This document shows, in pieces, positions 38,202-48,195 of a stretch of 64,000 bases of DNA. A program made the translations under genes and the position numbers. How positions within the stretch are numbered: the first letter of the stretch is position 1; each line of letters begins with the position of its first letter. The stretch is from an uncultured delta proteobacterium (GTDB lineage Bacteria > Desulfobacterota > Desulfobacteria > Desulfobacterales > JAFDCJ01), in NCBI GenBank assembly GCA_963769935.1, contig CAVYNY010000016.1, positions 224,001 through 288,000 on the forward strand, read 5' to 3'. The notes beneath the pieces are model-generated. The model was not told the DNA's origin, did no database searches, and saw nothing but the letters and a program-made list of their open reading frames with translations.

Positions 38202-39536
38202 TCATACCGGTTTTTCGATAACTTCATACAGAATGTCGCTGATAAATTTAATTTCCATACCAAGGCCATAGTGATGATTGATATCTTCCAGGCCGCTGTG
38301 GCAGTTATGGCAGGGGGTAATAATAACCTTTGCGCCGCGGGCTTTGGTGGCAAATAACTGCTCGGCCTTTACCCGGTTGCCCTCCATTCTTTTTAATTTG
38401 TAGGGCGGCCCGCAGTTGATCACACCGCCGCCGGCACAGCAGCAGTAGTTGTGCTCCCGGTTCGGATGCATCTCCACCAGCTCTTCACAGATGGCATTGA
38501 CGACATAGCGCGACTGTTCAGCCAGTCCACCGCCCCGAATCACATTGCAGGGGTCATGCAGGGTTACCGGAGTCTCAAATTTTTTGGCGACTTTCAGCTT
38601 CCCCTCTTTCAGCAATTCGTAATAAAATTGAATTGCATGCACAATCGGAATGGGCGGCATGCGCCATCCCAACCAGCGGTTGCCCATGTCATACACCGAA
38701 CGAAAAGCATGGCCGCATTCGCCCATAACGATGCGTTTAACTTTCAGCCTGGCGGCAATATCAAAGTGCTCCCGTTTGAGGCGTCCCATCAGCTCATTGT
38801 CGCCGGTATACATGGCCATATCGCTGTTGTCCCAGCCCGGGGTGGCGGGCATGGTCCAGTCCACCCCGGCCACATTCATAATCACGGCCGCCTGATAAAG
38901 CAGCTGGGCCTGAAATTTAGGCTCCGGCCCGATCACGGAATACATGATATCGGCCCCTTCTTTCTCAAGGGGAATCCGCAAGGTCGGGATTTCGGACTGC
39001 GCCTCTTCTTCCTGCCATTGCAGGGTGTCGATCCACTCATCATCTTTCACCCACATCTGGTTCAAGGTGGCGGCATGGCTGTGGGCCGTGTCCTGGATGT
39101 AAAGCGGCGTTACACCGAGCAAATGGCAGATCCTTCGCACGACCAGCATCATGTAAGCGATGTCGATGCCAAAGGGACAGTACATGGCGCAGCGTTTGCA
39201 GCAATTGCACTCGGTGGCGGCGATCTCACAGGCGCTTTTAATAAATTCCGGACTGACCTTGCCCTTATTCTTCACCATCTCCCAGATAGTCTGCTTGACT
39301 TTGCCCACCGGCGACCAGCGCGGCTCCTTATCGTGGGATAAATAGTAGTGGCAGGCCTCCGAACACAGGCCGCAGTGAATGCAGGTTTCCACGTACGCTT
39401 TCAGCCGCGCACCGCTTTCGCCCTTTAAAACCCGGTTGACCACCTTTTCAATGCGCTCCGGGGTGAGGTTTTGCGCCCCTCGTTCCAGACCTTCATCCAC
39501 AATCTTTTTTTGTTCTTTCGGTGCAGGTTCAACCAT
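38202..39536 (-). CDS. tmcB: Tmc complex HdrD-like Fe-S subunit
   Basis: CIHCGLCSEAC, CNCCKRCAMYCP and CCG-domain motifs (ECGH, HDPC, CCCAGGG, PCHNC). Confidence 0.92.
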   Translation of the reverse strand: MVEPAPKEQKKIVDEGLERGAQNLTPERIEKVVNRVLKGESGARLKAYVETCIHCGLCSEACHYYLSHDKEPRWSPVGKVKQTIWEMVKNKGKVSPEFIKSACEIAATECNCCKRCAMYCPFGIDIAYMMLVVRRICHLLGVTPLYIQDTAHSHAATLNQMWVKDDEWIDTLQWQEEEAQSEIPTLRIPLEKEGADIMYSVIGPEPKFQAQLLYQAAVIMNVAGVDWTMPATPGWDNSDMAMYTGDNELMGRLKREHFDIAARLKVKRIVMGECGHAFRSVYDMGNRWLGWRMPPIPIVHAIQFYYELLKEGKLKVAKKFETPVTLHDPCNVIRGGGLAEQSRYVVNAICEELVEMHPNREHNYCCCAGGGVINCGPPYKLKRMEGNRVKAEQLFATKARGAKVIITPCHNCHSGLEDINHHYGLGMEIKFISDILYEVIEKPV

Positions 39537-39547
39537 AATTGGTGTCT

Positions 39548-39672
39548 CCTAACCCGGATTATCCGGAAATGACTATTGAAAATTGAATATTTTCGGAAGC
39601 ATTCCTTAAATTTTTAATATTCAATCGAAACTATTTAATTTAAATGACATCAATCCTTAAATATTCAATTTA
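39548..39672 (-). repeat. ATTGAAT-arm palindromic element plus TTCCGGATAATCCGGGTTAGG tail
   Basis: Arms resemble 51035-51160; tail resembles 14991-15011. Confidence 0.7.
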
Positions 39673-39678
39673 ACACCC

Positions 39679-40338
39679 CTACCAATCCCGTGCATGTCGG
39701 ACCCCCCCGAACTCCGATCCCATATAAGCCCGCGTCAGGGGTGCAAACAACATGTGGCTCAGGCGTGTAAAAGGAATGGCAATCAACATGACTTCACCCG
39801 ACACGACATGCAGGACCATAAGGACCTGATAACCGAACCATTGATAATAGGCCAGAAAACCGGTGATAAAGGGCGCGGCGGCAATCGCCAGAATGACATA
39901 GTCGGATATCGATGTTACATATTTCACCTCGGGTGACACCAGACGCCGGACCAGAAAAAATACACACCCGCCGATAACAATCAGGGTCATCAGTATTGCC
40001 AGACCGTCCGGCAGGGACCACCAGTTCACGCCAAAGGCTTCGTCCCACAAAACCACATGTGCCAACAGAAAGATGGGCGTTAAAATCAGACATAAATGAA
40101 AGGCAAAGGTTACAATGGTCAGCGCCGGATGTCTTCTCCAGTTGACCGTGCCGAAAGGGGTGATCCAATGTAAAATTGAGCGCAAGCTGTATTTCCAGCT
40201 CATGTATGTATAGATGAACTTTTCTTTTTTATGCACCTGCACCAGCAGGCTGACCAGGCGGTAAAAACTTCCACCAATGAAAATTACAAACGCCGCCCAT
40301 GCCAGAGGACCGCTTACAAAGTTGTAGACGCTGTTCAT
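39679..40338 (-). CDS. tmcC: Tmc complex membrane cytochrome b subunit
   Basis: NarI-like TM protein with FH, LAH, LH and SH histidines. Confidence 0.9.
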   Translation of the reverse strand: MNSVYNFVSGPLAWAAFVIFIGGSFYRLVSLLVQVHKKEKFIYTYMSWKYSLRSILHWITPFGTVNWRRHPALTIVTFAFHLCLILTPIFLLAHVVLWDEAFGVNWWSLPDGLAILMTLIVIGGCVFFLVRRLVSPEVKYVTSISDYVILAIAAAPFITGFLAYYQWFGYQVLMVLHVVSGEVMLIAIPFTRLSHMLFAPLTRAYMGSEFGGVRHARDW

Positions 40339-40349
40339 TGCTCCCCCGT

Positions 40350-41609
40350 TCATTTCAGTTCGCTTACAGGCAAAACCCTTCTATAGTAGCTTCCATTCTC
40401 AATGGTTCGCAACAATATTTTGTCCCCCCCGGGGCTGAACACAGGATCCCAGGCTGCCTCGCATTGCCCGGACCACAATCGATCGTTTAGGGCAATGGTG
40501 TATTTGCCTTTCTTTTCCACCCTGGCCGCCAGGTATTTGCCATCGGGGCTGAATACCGGTTTCCACGCCATGTCGAAGGCATTTTTCCAGCGGGTGCCGT
40601 CGGCCACTATATACCATTTCTCCTCTTCTTTGGCCAGAGCGGCCAACCGGTTGCCGTCCGGACTGAAGACGGCGTCGGTCACAAGATCTTTAAACGTCAC
40701 GGACCAGGGCTGGCCATCAACGGCAACCGTCCATTTGCCGAAACTGGGTGCGACAATGGCCGCTAGTTTGCTGCCGTCCGGGCTGAACATCTGATGCCAG
40801 AGCTGCACAAATCGCCGATCCCAGATGATCTTGCCGTCCGCGGCCATAGTCCAGCTGCCTTCGGATCTCACCGGGGCGACGACGACACCGCTGCGCGGAT
40901 TAAAAACCGGCTGCCAGACACATCCATACGTTTGCTCCCAGGGTTGGCCGTTGACCGCAATGGTGTAGTCATAGAGGTTCAGCCGAACCTCAGCGGCCAA
41001 TTTCTTACCCTCCGGGCTGATAGCCATTCGCCAGACATTGACGAATTTGCGATCCCAGCTCTTGCCGTTCAGAGCTGCAGTGTAGATTCCCTGCTGGTAT
41101 TTGTAAATATCCCCTTCGCCCAATTCCTCCACTTGAACCACGGCGGCTGTATTCAGACCGTCGTTGCTGAACAGTGGGTTGGTCATATTCCGATAGGATT
41201 CAACCCAGGGGATATCGTCAACTGCCATTCTGTAGGCCATATCCTTTTGAACCGCTGCGGCAATGTGCTTGCCGTCCGCACTGAACATGGTGTTCCAGAC
41301 ATACCCGAATTTCTTCTGCCAGGCGAGCCCGTCTACCGCGACTGTCCATTCACCCATTTCCGATACCAGGCCGGTTAGACGGCCATCGGGTGCAAAGCGC
41401 AGATACCAGATTTTATCATAAGCATTTTCCCAGGTTTCACCATTGACACAAACGTTGAATTCACCTTCGCCGGTCTTGACGATGGCGGCGATTTTTTCGC
41501 CGTCAGGACTGGCCTGAGGTTCTTCTACCCATTCAAACTCACCTTTCCATTTGTCGAAGGCGAAGATTTTTTCAGAGGTTTCCCAGTCCCAATTATTCAA
41601 GCCGACCAT
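40350..41609 (-). CDS. tmcD: Tmc complex Trp-rich beta-propeller subunit
   Basis: Repeated FSPDG..W motifs; AGGAGG before ATG 41609. Confidence 0.9.
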   Translation of the reverse strand: MVGLNNWDWETSEKIFAFDKWKGEFEWVEEPQASPDGEKIAAIVKTGEGEFNVCVNGETWENAYDKIWYLRFAPDGRLTGLVSEMGEWTVAVDGLAWQKKFGYVWNTMFSADGKHIAAAVQKDMAYRMAVDDIPWVESYRNMTNPLFSNDGLNTAAVVQVEELGEGDIYKYQQGIYTAALNGKSWDRKFVNVWRMAISPEGKKLAAEVRLNLYDYTIAVNGQPWEQTYGCVWQPVFNPRSGVVVAPVRSEGSWTMAADGKIIWDRRFVQLWHQMFSPDGSKLAAIVAPSFGKWTVAVDGQPWSVTFKDLVTDAVFSPDGNRLAALAKEEEKWYIVADGTRWKNAFDMAWKPVFSPDGKYLAARVEKKGKYTIALNDRLWSGQCEAAWDPVFSPGGDKILLRTIENGSYYRRVLPVSELK

Positions 41610-41661
41610 AAAGCCTCCTTGTAGTCCGTGATTGATATTGAACAGCACTTTCAATCTTATC

Positions 41662-41707
41662 TGTTTGTATAATCAACAATAAAATGTTTGTATAACCAAC
41701 AATAAAA
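41662..41707. promoter_or_regulatory. 23-bp tandem direct repeat upstream of tmcD (candidate operator)
   Basis: TGTTTGTATAAYCAACAATAAAA x2. Confidence 0.55.
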
Positions 41708-41843
41708 AGAAATGCAACCTAAGTGTTAAAACCAATATCCTAATTTTTAATTTTGAATGATTTTCCCGGCCAAAGCCCCCTTCGACCGGGATATTTTTGA
41801 GCCCGTACCGGCCGGGTTGAAATCCAGAAAATTTTTAAAATTA

Positions 41844-41872
41844 TTGACAACTGACTTATTAGAATGTATTAT
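41844..41872 (+). promoter_or_regulatory. sigma70-type promoter of the hdr-nuo-flx operon
   Basis: TTGACA-N17-TATTAT. Confidence 0.75.
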
Positions 41873-42027
41873 CTCACCTTTTTGTAAAAACACAAAATGC
41901 GTGGGATAAATGGAATTTACATGGTTGTCAGTTTCCACCCGCAGCGCTTCCAACAGTAAATTTTGATCAGCCTTGGTGCACGCTTGGTGCACGCAACAAG
42001 GCAACTTTTTTTCAGGAGATCATCGCT

Positions 42028-42417
42028 ATGGCAAAAAAAGTAAAAGGCTCGGTTCTGGTGGTCGGCGGCGGAATTGCCGGAATGCAATCCGCCTTGGATC
42101 TGGCCAACTCCGGTTATTACGTTTACCTGCTGGAAAAGTCGCCTTCCATCGGCGGCGTGATGTCCCAGCTGGACAAGACATTTCCCACCAATGACTGTGC
42201 GATGTGAATTATCTCACCGAAACTGGTCGAGGTCGGCCGGCACTTAAATATCGAACTCATCACCTATGCAGACCTTGAGAGCGTGGAAGGCTCTCCCGGA
42301 AACTTCAAGGTCAAGGTCAGAAAACGCGCCCGCACCATCATCGAAGACCGGTGCACCGGCTGCGGCGCCTGCGTTGAAAACTGCCCTGTCGTCATTCAAT
42401 CTGTGCCCGCAAGCTGA
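42028..42417 (+). CDS. hdrA: Selenocysteine-containing N-terminal HdrA fragment (129 aa; Sec60 at TGA 42205-42207)
   Basis: GGGIAGMQSALDLA...LDKTFPTNDCAM-U-IISPKL...CTGCGACVENCP; homology continues in frame past the TGA; SECIS-like hairpin at 42223-42240. Confidence 0.9.
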
Positions 42418-42499
42418 TGAATAGGTGATTTTAGACGGAAAGCTTTCCTTTACAGGTTTGTCCTAACCAAAAGCTTCCCAATCATTAGGAGAATCCGAG

Positions 42500-42997
42500 A
42501 TGAATAAGGACATTGAACATAACAATGATGCATCAGCCGAAATCGATTACCTGATGTTAGATTCGATCATCGAAAAAGAATTTAACCAGAACAAAGAAAA
42601 TCTGATCATGATGCTTCAAGCAATTCAAAAGACCTATAATTATCTTCCCCAGCCTGCTATAGCTTATCTGGCCACCAAGATCGGTGTCCCCTACAGCAAA
42701 ATATATGGCGTGGCAACCTTTTACAGCACCTTTAGCCTGGAACCCAGAGGCCGCAACATAATTTCCATCTGTCTGGGAACTGCCTGTCATGTCCGGGGTG
42801 CCGAAAGGATTCATGAAAGAATCATTGAGGCCATTAACGTCTGCGATGGGCAAACGACGGAAGACCGGCGTTTTACACTGGAGTCCGTGCGCTGTATCGG
42901 CTGCTGCAGCCTGGGACCGGTGGTTAAAATCAATGAAGACATGCACGCAAGGCTGGAACCGGATAACGTCAAAAAAGTTCTGGACCAATACGAATAA
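42500..42997 (+). CDS. NuoE/HydC-like [2Fe-2S] subunit
   Basis: VATFYS, CLGTACHVRG and CIGCC motifs. Confidence 0.92.
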   Translation: MNKDIEHNNDASAEIDYLMLDSIIEKEFNQNKENLIMMLQAIQKTYNYLPQPAIAYLATKIGVPYSKIYGVATFYSTFSLEPRGRNIISICLGTACHVRGAERIHERIIEAINVCDGQTTEDRRFTLESVRCIGCCSLGPVVKINEDMHARLEPDNVKKVLDQYE

Positions 42998-43018
42998 AAA
43001 AATTACGAGGCGCAAACC

Positions 43019-44920
43019 ATGAAAATCACGTCTGTTAAGGACTTAGAAAATATACGCCGGGAGCATGGCAAACGACTGTACTGGCCTGATGCCGTTAAGG
43101 TAAACATCGGCATGGCCTCCTGCGGAATTGCTGCCGGAGCCCAGGCATCTTATGAAATAGCCAAAGAGGTGTTCCCGGCCGGCACCGGCGTGCAGATCTG
43201 TCAAACCGGCTGCATCGGTTTCTGTGAAGAAGAGCCCCTGGTTGAAATCCTCGGTTACGGTAAACCCAGAGTAATGTACAAACATATCACCGAAAAAAAG
43301 GTCGCCGATGCGATTAAAGGCTACATGGAAGGTGATTTCAATAAAAAGTGGATTCTCGGCCAGATGCAGGATCCCCGCAATATATTGGAGGACGACATCG
43401 ACAATGCCCTGGCGGGGATGGCACCGGTAGACGGCATCCCTTATTTGGAAGATATACCCTTTTACCGCAAACAGGTGAAAATCGCTCTGCGCAATTGCGG
43501 CTATATTGACCCGGATTCCATTGAAGAATACATTGCCAGAAAAGGCTACCTGGCTTTTCTGAAAGCGCTGCAGGAAATGGATCCCTCCGACATCATCCCC
43601 ATCATTAAAGAATCCGGACTGCGCGGACGCGGAGGCGGAGGTTTCCCTACCGGAATTAAGTGGGCCAGTTGTGCCAAACAAGAGGGGCAGCGCTTCATCA
43701 TCTGCAATGCGGATGAAGGCGACCCGGGTGCATACATGGATCGCAGCATCCTGGAGGGTGATCCCCACAGCGTGCTGGAAGGTATGCTGATTGCCGGGGT
43801 GGCTATCGGTTCCAATCAGGGTTCAATCTATGTGCGCAATGAATATCCGCTGGCCGTCAAGCGGTTGGTCACCGCCATCAAAGAAGCAGAGAAATATGGT
43901 TTGCTGGGTGATGGTATCGCCGGATCGGATTTCAGTTTTCACATTAAGATATCCACGGGGGCCGGCGCCTTTGTGTGCGGCGAGTCCACCGCCCTGATGG
44001 CATCTCTGGAGGGAAACGTTGGCAGACCCCGTGCCAAATATATCCATACGGTTGAAAAAGGATTCCATGACAGCCCGTCAAATCTGAACAATGTCGAAAC
44101 CTACGCCAATGTACCCGCTATTCTTTTAAAAGGGGCCGGATGGTTTGCAGGAATGGGCACCGACCAGAGCAAAGGCACCAAGGCTTTCAGCCTGGTGGGC
44201 AAGGTAAAAAATACAGGCCTGGTGGAAGTGCCGATGGGGATATCTTTGAGAGATATCGTTTTCGAACTGGGCGGCGGCGTGCCCAAGAAGAAAGAATTCA
44301 AAGCGGTCCAAACCGGCGGACCCTCAGGGGGCTGTATTCCTGAGCGATTTCTGGACCTGCCGGTGGATTACCAAAAGTTGAATGAAGTGGGGTCCATCAT
44401 GGGCTCCGGCGGTATGATCGTCATGGATCAGGATACCTGCATGGTGGATGTGGCACGCTATTTCCTGGATTTTCTCAAGGAAGAATCCTGCGGCCAGTGC
44501 AACCCGTGTCGCGAGGGGATCAAGCAGATGCTCGGGATCCTAAATAGGATTTGTGAAGGAAACGGGAAAGAAGGCGATATCGAACTTCTGGAAGAACTTG
44601 GCAGCATGGTGCAAAAATTTTCTTTGTGCGGGTTAGGGACCTCGGCTCCCAATCCGGTTTTGACAACCATCCGTTACTTCAGGGATGAGTATGAATCCCA
44701 TATTTACCAAAAAAAATGTCCGGCCGGTGTCTGTAAGCCGCTGTTTTATTACGAAATTGATGTCGATGCCTGTACCGGATGCGGTGTGTGCGCGCGCAAG
44801 TGCCCGCAGGAGGCGATCAGCGGTGAAAAAAAACAGGCGCACGAGCTGAACCGGGAAAAATGCATAAAGTGCGGCATATGCTATGATGCATGTAAATTCG
44901 ATGCTATTAAAATTCGATAA
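43019..44920 (+). CDS. NuoF/HydB-like NADH-FMN subunit (long form)
   Basis: N-terminal Trx-like Fe-S domain, GRGGGGFPTG, NADEGDPG, GGPSGG, ESCGQCNPCREG and a C-terminal 2x[4Fe-4S] domain. Confidence 0.93.
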   Translation: MKITSVKDLENIRREHGKRLYWPDAVKVNIGMASCGIAAGAQASYEIAKEVFPAGTGVQICQTGCIGFCEEEPLVEILGYGKPRVMYKHITEKKVADAIKGYMEGDFNKKWILGQMQDPRNILEDDIDNALAGMAPVDGIPYLEDIPFYRKQVKIALRNCGYIDPDSIEEYIARKGYLAFLKALQEMDPSDIIPIIKESGLRGRGGGGFPTGIKWASCAKQEGQRFIICNADEGDPGAYMDRSILEGDPHSVLEGMLIAGVAIGSNQGSIYVRNEYPLAVKRLVTAIKEAEKYGLLGDGIAGSDFSFHIKISTGAGAFVCGESTALMASLEGNVGRPRAKYIHTVEKGFHDSPSNLNNVETYANVPAILLKGAGWFAGMGTDQSKGTKAFSLVGKVKNTGLVEVPMGISLRDIVFELGGGVPKKKEFKAVQTGGPSGGCIPERFLDLPVDYQKLNEVGSIMGSGGMIVMDQDTCMVDVARYFLDFLKEESCGQCNPCREGIKQMLGILNRICEGNGKEGDIELLEELGSMVQKFSLCGLGTSAPNPVLTTIRYFRDEYESHIYQKKCPAGVCKPLFYYEIDVDACTGCGVCARKCPQEAISGEKKQAHELNREKCIKCGICYDACKFDAIKIR

Positions 44921-44937
44921 CATGAGGAAAAAGATCA

Positions 44938-47900
44938 ATGGTTACATTTAAACTAAACGGTAAAACCGTCCAGGGTGAAGAAGGCCAATATATCCTCCAG
45001 GTGGCGGAAAAATACAACGTCGACATTCCGACCCTTTGCCACCATAAGGCGCTTGAGCCGGCCGGTATGTGCCGCCTGTGCACGGTAGAGCTTTTTGACG
45101 GCCGCCGCAAACGCTATGTCACTGCCTGCAACTATCCGATATGGGAAGGCATGGAGGTCAGCACCGATTCGGAAGCCGTCCATCAGGGGCGGAAATTAAT
45201 CGTGGAGTTGCTGCTGGCCCGCTGCCCGGAAGTTCCGATCCTGAAAAAATTGGCGGCCCGGTACGGAATCGAAGAATCCCGCTTCCCGAAGGAAAACGAC
45301 ACCTGTATTCTTTGTGGTCTGTGTGTGCGCACCTGCGAAAGAATGGGAGCCAATGCCATCAGTTTAACCGGCCGCGGGGTCGATATGAAAGTGGACACAC
45401 CGTTTCATCTTCAAGCCGATGCCTGTATAGCCTGTGGCGCTTGCGCCACGGTGTGTCCCACCGGACATATTACCCTGGAAACCATCAGGGCAAATGTCAC
45501 CAAGCATGATTTTGAAAAAATCCCCTCCGAATACGAAATGGGATTAAAAGGCCGCAAGCCGGTCTACGTTCCTTATGCCCAGGCGGTTCCCAACACGCCG
45601 GCCATCGATCGAACCAAATGTATTCATTTTAAGACCGGCGGCTGTAAAATCTGCGTCGAATTTTGCGGGGTCGACGCCATTGACCATACCATGCAGGATG
45701 AGATCATCGAGTTGAACGTCGGAGCCATCGTTTTGGCACCCGGCTTCGAGCCGTTCGATCCGTCGAAATTCGACTCCTATAGTTACAGCAAGTACCCAAA
45801 TGTCATCACTTCCATGGAAATGGAACGGATCCTGTCCGCTTCGGGTCCCACCGGCGGACATCTCGTCCGGCCCTCGGATCACAGCGAACCCCAAAAGATC
45901 GCCTGGTTTCAATGCGTCGGCTCGCGCGACCTGAACCGCTGCGACAATTCCTATTGTTCTTCGGTCTGCTGTATGTATGCAATCAAGGAGGCGGTCATTG
46001 CCAAGGAGCATGCCGGCAGCGACCTGGACTGTGCCATCTTCTATATGGACATGCGGACCCATGGCAAGGATTTTGAACGATTTTACGATAGCGCCCGGGA
46101 AAAGCAGGGCGTGCGGTTTATCCGCAGCCGGGTGCATACCATTGAGCCCGTCAACGGCGGCGATGATCTGTCGGTGCGCTATATCACCGAAAGCGGCGAA
46201 TTAGTATCCGAAACCTACAATATGATCGTGCTCTCGGTCGGATTGCAGACATCCCCCGAGGTGGTCGAACTGGCCGATCGGCTGGGGCTTGAGAAGACCA
46301 AGGGCAATTTTTGCAAGACCGATACATTCAATCCGGTGGCAACCTCCCGGAAAGGCATCTACGTTTGCGGCGCCTTTCAAGGACCCAAGGACATTCCGCA
46401 GTCCGTGGTGGACGCCAGTGCCGCCGCAGGGGCCGCCGGCGAAATCCTGAGTACTGCCCGCAACACCGAAACCAAAACCAAGGAAGTCGTACCGGAAACC
46501 AACGTCATCAACGAACGTCCGCGGGTCGGGGTGTTCGTCTGCCGCTGCGGCATCAACATCGCCGGCATTGTCGATGTCCCGTCGGTGGCCGAATATGCCA
46601 AGAGTCTGCCCTATGTGGAGTACGCCAGCGACAACCTGTATACCTGTTCCCAGGACACTCAGGAAGCCATTTCCCAGATCATCAAACAAAAAAACTTGAA
46701 CCGGGTCGTCGTGGCGGCCTGCACGCCGAAAACCCACGAACCCTTGTTCCAGGAAACCCTGATCAATGCCGGCTTGAATAAATATCTGTTTGAAATGGCC
46801 AATATCCGCAACCAGGATTCCTGGGTTCACAAAAACAACCCCGAACTGGCAACCCAAAAGGCCAAGGACCTGGTGCGCATGGCCGTGTCCAAAGTGGCGC
46901 TGCTGCAACCGCTCAAGGAAACCGAGCTTGAAGTCAATCAGGCGGCCATGGTTATCGGCGGCGGCATCGCCGGCATGGCGGCAGCCAAAAACCTGGCCAA
47001 CCAGGGCTATGCAACGCATCTCATCGAACGCAGCGCCCAGCTTGGCGGCCAGGCTTTGAATCTTTATCACACGCCGGCCGGCGAGGACATTCAGCAAAAA
47101 TTGGCTGAACTGATCCAGGAGGTCGAAAAAAATAAAAAAATAACGGTCCATCTGAACACCATGCTTGACCATGTGGACGGTTTTGTCGGCAATTTTACAA
47201 GCACTTTGGCCTGCAACGGCGACAAACAGGATTTGGAACACGGCATTGCCATATTGGCAACCGGTGCTTCGCCCTTGAAACCCGACGAATACAGCTACGG
47301 CCAGGATCCGCGCATCTTAACCGGCCTGGAGCTCGACCGCAGATTCATCGAAAAGGATCCGGATTTAAAGAAACTCAACACCGCCGTATTTATCCAGTGT
47401 GTCGGCTCCCGCGAACCGCAAAGACCGTATTGTTCGAGAGTTTGCTGCACGCATTCAGTGGAAAGCGCCATCCAACTCAAACGGCTAAATCCGGACATGA
47501 ATGTGTTCGTGCTCTATCGCGACCTTCGCACCTATGGCGAACGCGAGTATCTGTACAAGGAGGCCCGCGAGGAAGGTGTCATTTTCATTCGCTACACCCT
47601 TGATCACAAGCCCCGGGTAAAAATTAAAGACGGCAAATTGCGGGTAGCCGCCATCGATCAGGTGATCGGTCGACAGGTTGAGATTGAAACCGATCTTCTA
47701 ACCCTGGCGACGGCGATTATCCCGAACCGGGACGATCGATTGGCCAATTTCTTCAAGGTGCCCCTGAATGATGACGGTTTTTTTGTGGAACGCCACGCCA
47801 AACTCGGCCCGTCGGAATTTGCCACCGACGGCGTATTTCTCTGCGGTCTGGCACATTATCCCAAGCCCATCGATGAATCCATTGCCCAGGGTCAGGCGGC

Positions 47901-48195
47901 GGCATCCCGGGCCATCACCTTGCTGGCCCGTGAAACCGTCCATACCAGCGGCACAATTGCAGCGACGGATCCGGCCTTGTGCAGCCAGTGCGGAGTTTGC
48001 GTGTCGGTCTGCCCGTATTCGGCACCTTCTTTTGTAGAATCCGGCCCCTGGACCGGCCGGGCACAAATCAATCCGGTTTTGTGCAAGGGCTGCGGTCTGT
48101 GCGTAGCCTCCTGCCGCTCGGGTGCCATCCACCTGAAAGGTTTTGACAATGATCAGATCTTCTCGCAGATTTTTGCTTTGAAGGAAGCCGTGTGA
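44938..48195 (+). CDS. hdrA: Fusion of NuoG/HydA-like N-terminal Fe-S domains with the remainder of a tandem-module HdrA
   Basis: PTLCHH..CRLC..TAC and CILCGLCVRTC; then EYEMGL..YAQAVP, two QCVGSR..YCSxVCC motifs, GVFVCRCG, GGGIAG and a C-terminal ferredoxin. Confidence 0.9.
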   Translation: MVTFKLNGKTVQGEEGQYILQVAEKYNVDIPTLCHHKALEPAGMCRLCTVELFDGRRKRYVTACNYPIWEGMEVSTDSEAVHQGRKLIVELLLARCPEVPILKKLAARYGIEESRFPKENDTCILCGLCVRTCERMGANAISLTGRGVDMKVDTPFHLQADACIACGACATVCPTGHITLETIRANVTKHDFEKIPSEYEMGLKGRKPVYVPYAQAVPNTPAIDRTKCIHFKTGGCKICVEFCGVDAIDHTMQDEIIELNVGAIVLAPGFEPFDPSKFDSYSYSKYPNVITSMEMERILSASGPTGGHLVRPSDHSEPQKIAWFQCVGSRDLNRCDNSYCSSVCCMYAIKEAVIAKEHAGSDLDCAIFYMDMRTHGKDFERFYDSAREKQGVRFIRSRVHTIEPVNGGDDLSVRYITESGELVSETYNMIVLSVGLQTSPEVVELADRLGLEKTKGNFCKTDTFNPVATSRKGIYVCGAFQGPKDIPQSVVDASAAAGAAGEILSTARNTETKTKEVVPETNVINERPRVGVFVCRCGINIAGIVDVPSVAEYAKSLPYVEYASDNLYTCSQDTQEAISQIIKQKNLNRVVVAACTPKTHEPLFQETLINAGLNKYLFEMANIRNQDSWVHKNNPELATQKAKDLVRMAVSKVALLQPLKETELEVNQAAMVIGGGIAGMAAAKNLANQGYATHLIERSAQLGGQALNLYHTPAGEDIQQKLAELIQEVEKNKKITVHLNTMLDHVDGFVGNFTSTLACNGDKQDLEHGIAILATGASPLKPDEYSYGQDPRILTGLELDRRFIEKDPDLKKLNTAVFIQCVGSREPQRPYCSRVCCTHSVESAIQLKRLNPDMNVFVLYRDLRTYGEREYLYKEAREEGVIFIRYTLDHKPRVKIKDGKLRVAAIDQVIGRQVEIETDLLTLATAIIPNRDDRLANFFKVPLNDDGFFVERHAKLGPSEFATDGVFLCGLAHYPKPIDESIAQGQAAASRAITLLARETVHTSGTIAATDPALCSQCGVCVSVCPYSAPSFVESGPWTGRAQINPVLCKGCGLCVASCRSGAIHLKGFDNDQIFSQIFALKEAV

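Noticed and set aside
41662..41707. Rex operator
   Set aside because: TTGT/ACAA spacing is 7 rather than the 10 expected for Rex boxes.
41973..42194. 73-aa ORF from the track, and a pseudogene reading of hdrA'
   Set aside because: Wrong frame; the real gene is 42028-42417 with a UGA at a Cys position followed by a SECIS-like hairpin.
42415..42420. Further Sec readthrough at TGATGA ending hdrA'
   Set aside because: Not at a Cys position, double stop, and no homology beyond it.
30324..47241. Long antisense ORFs (for example 30324-31562, 38451-39341, 46201-47241)
   Set aside because: Shadows of well-supported genes on the opposite strand, with no motifs of their own.
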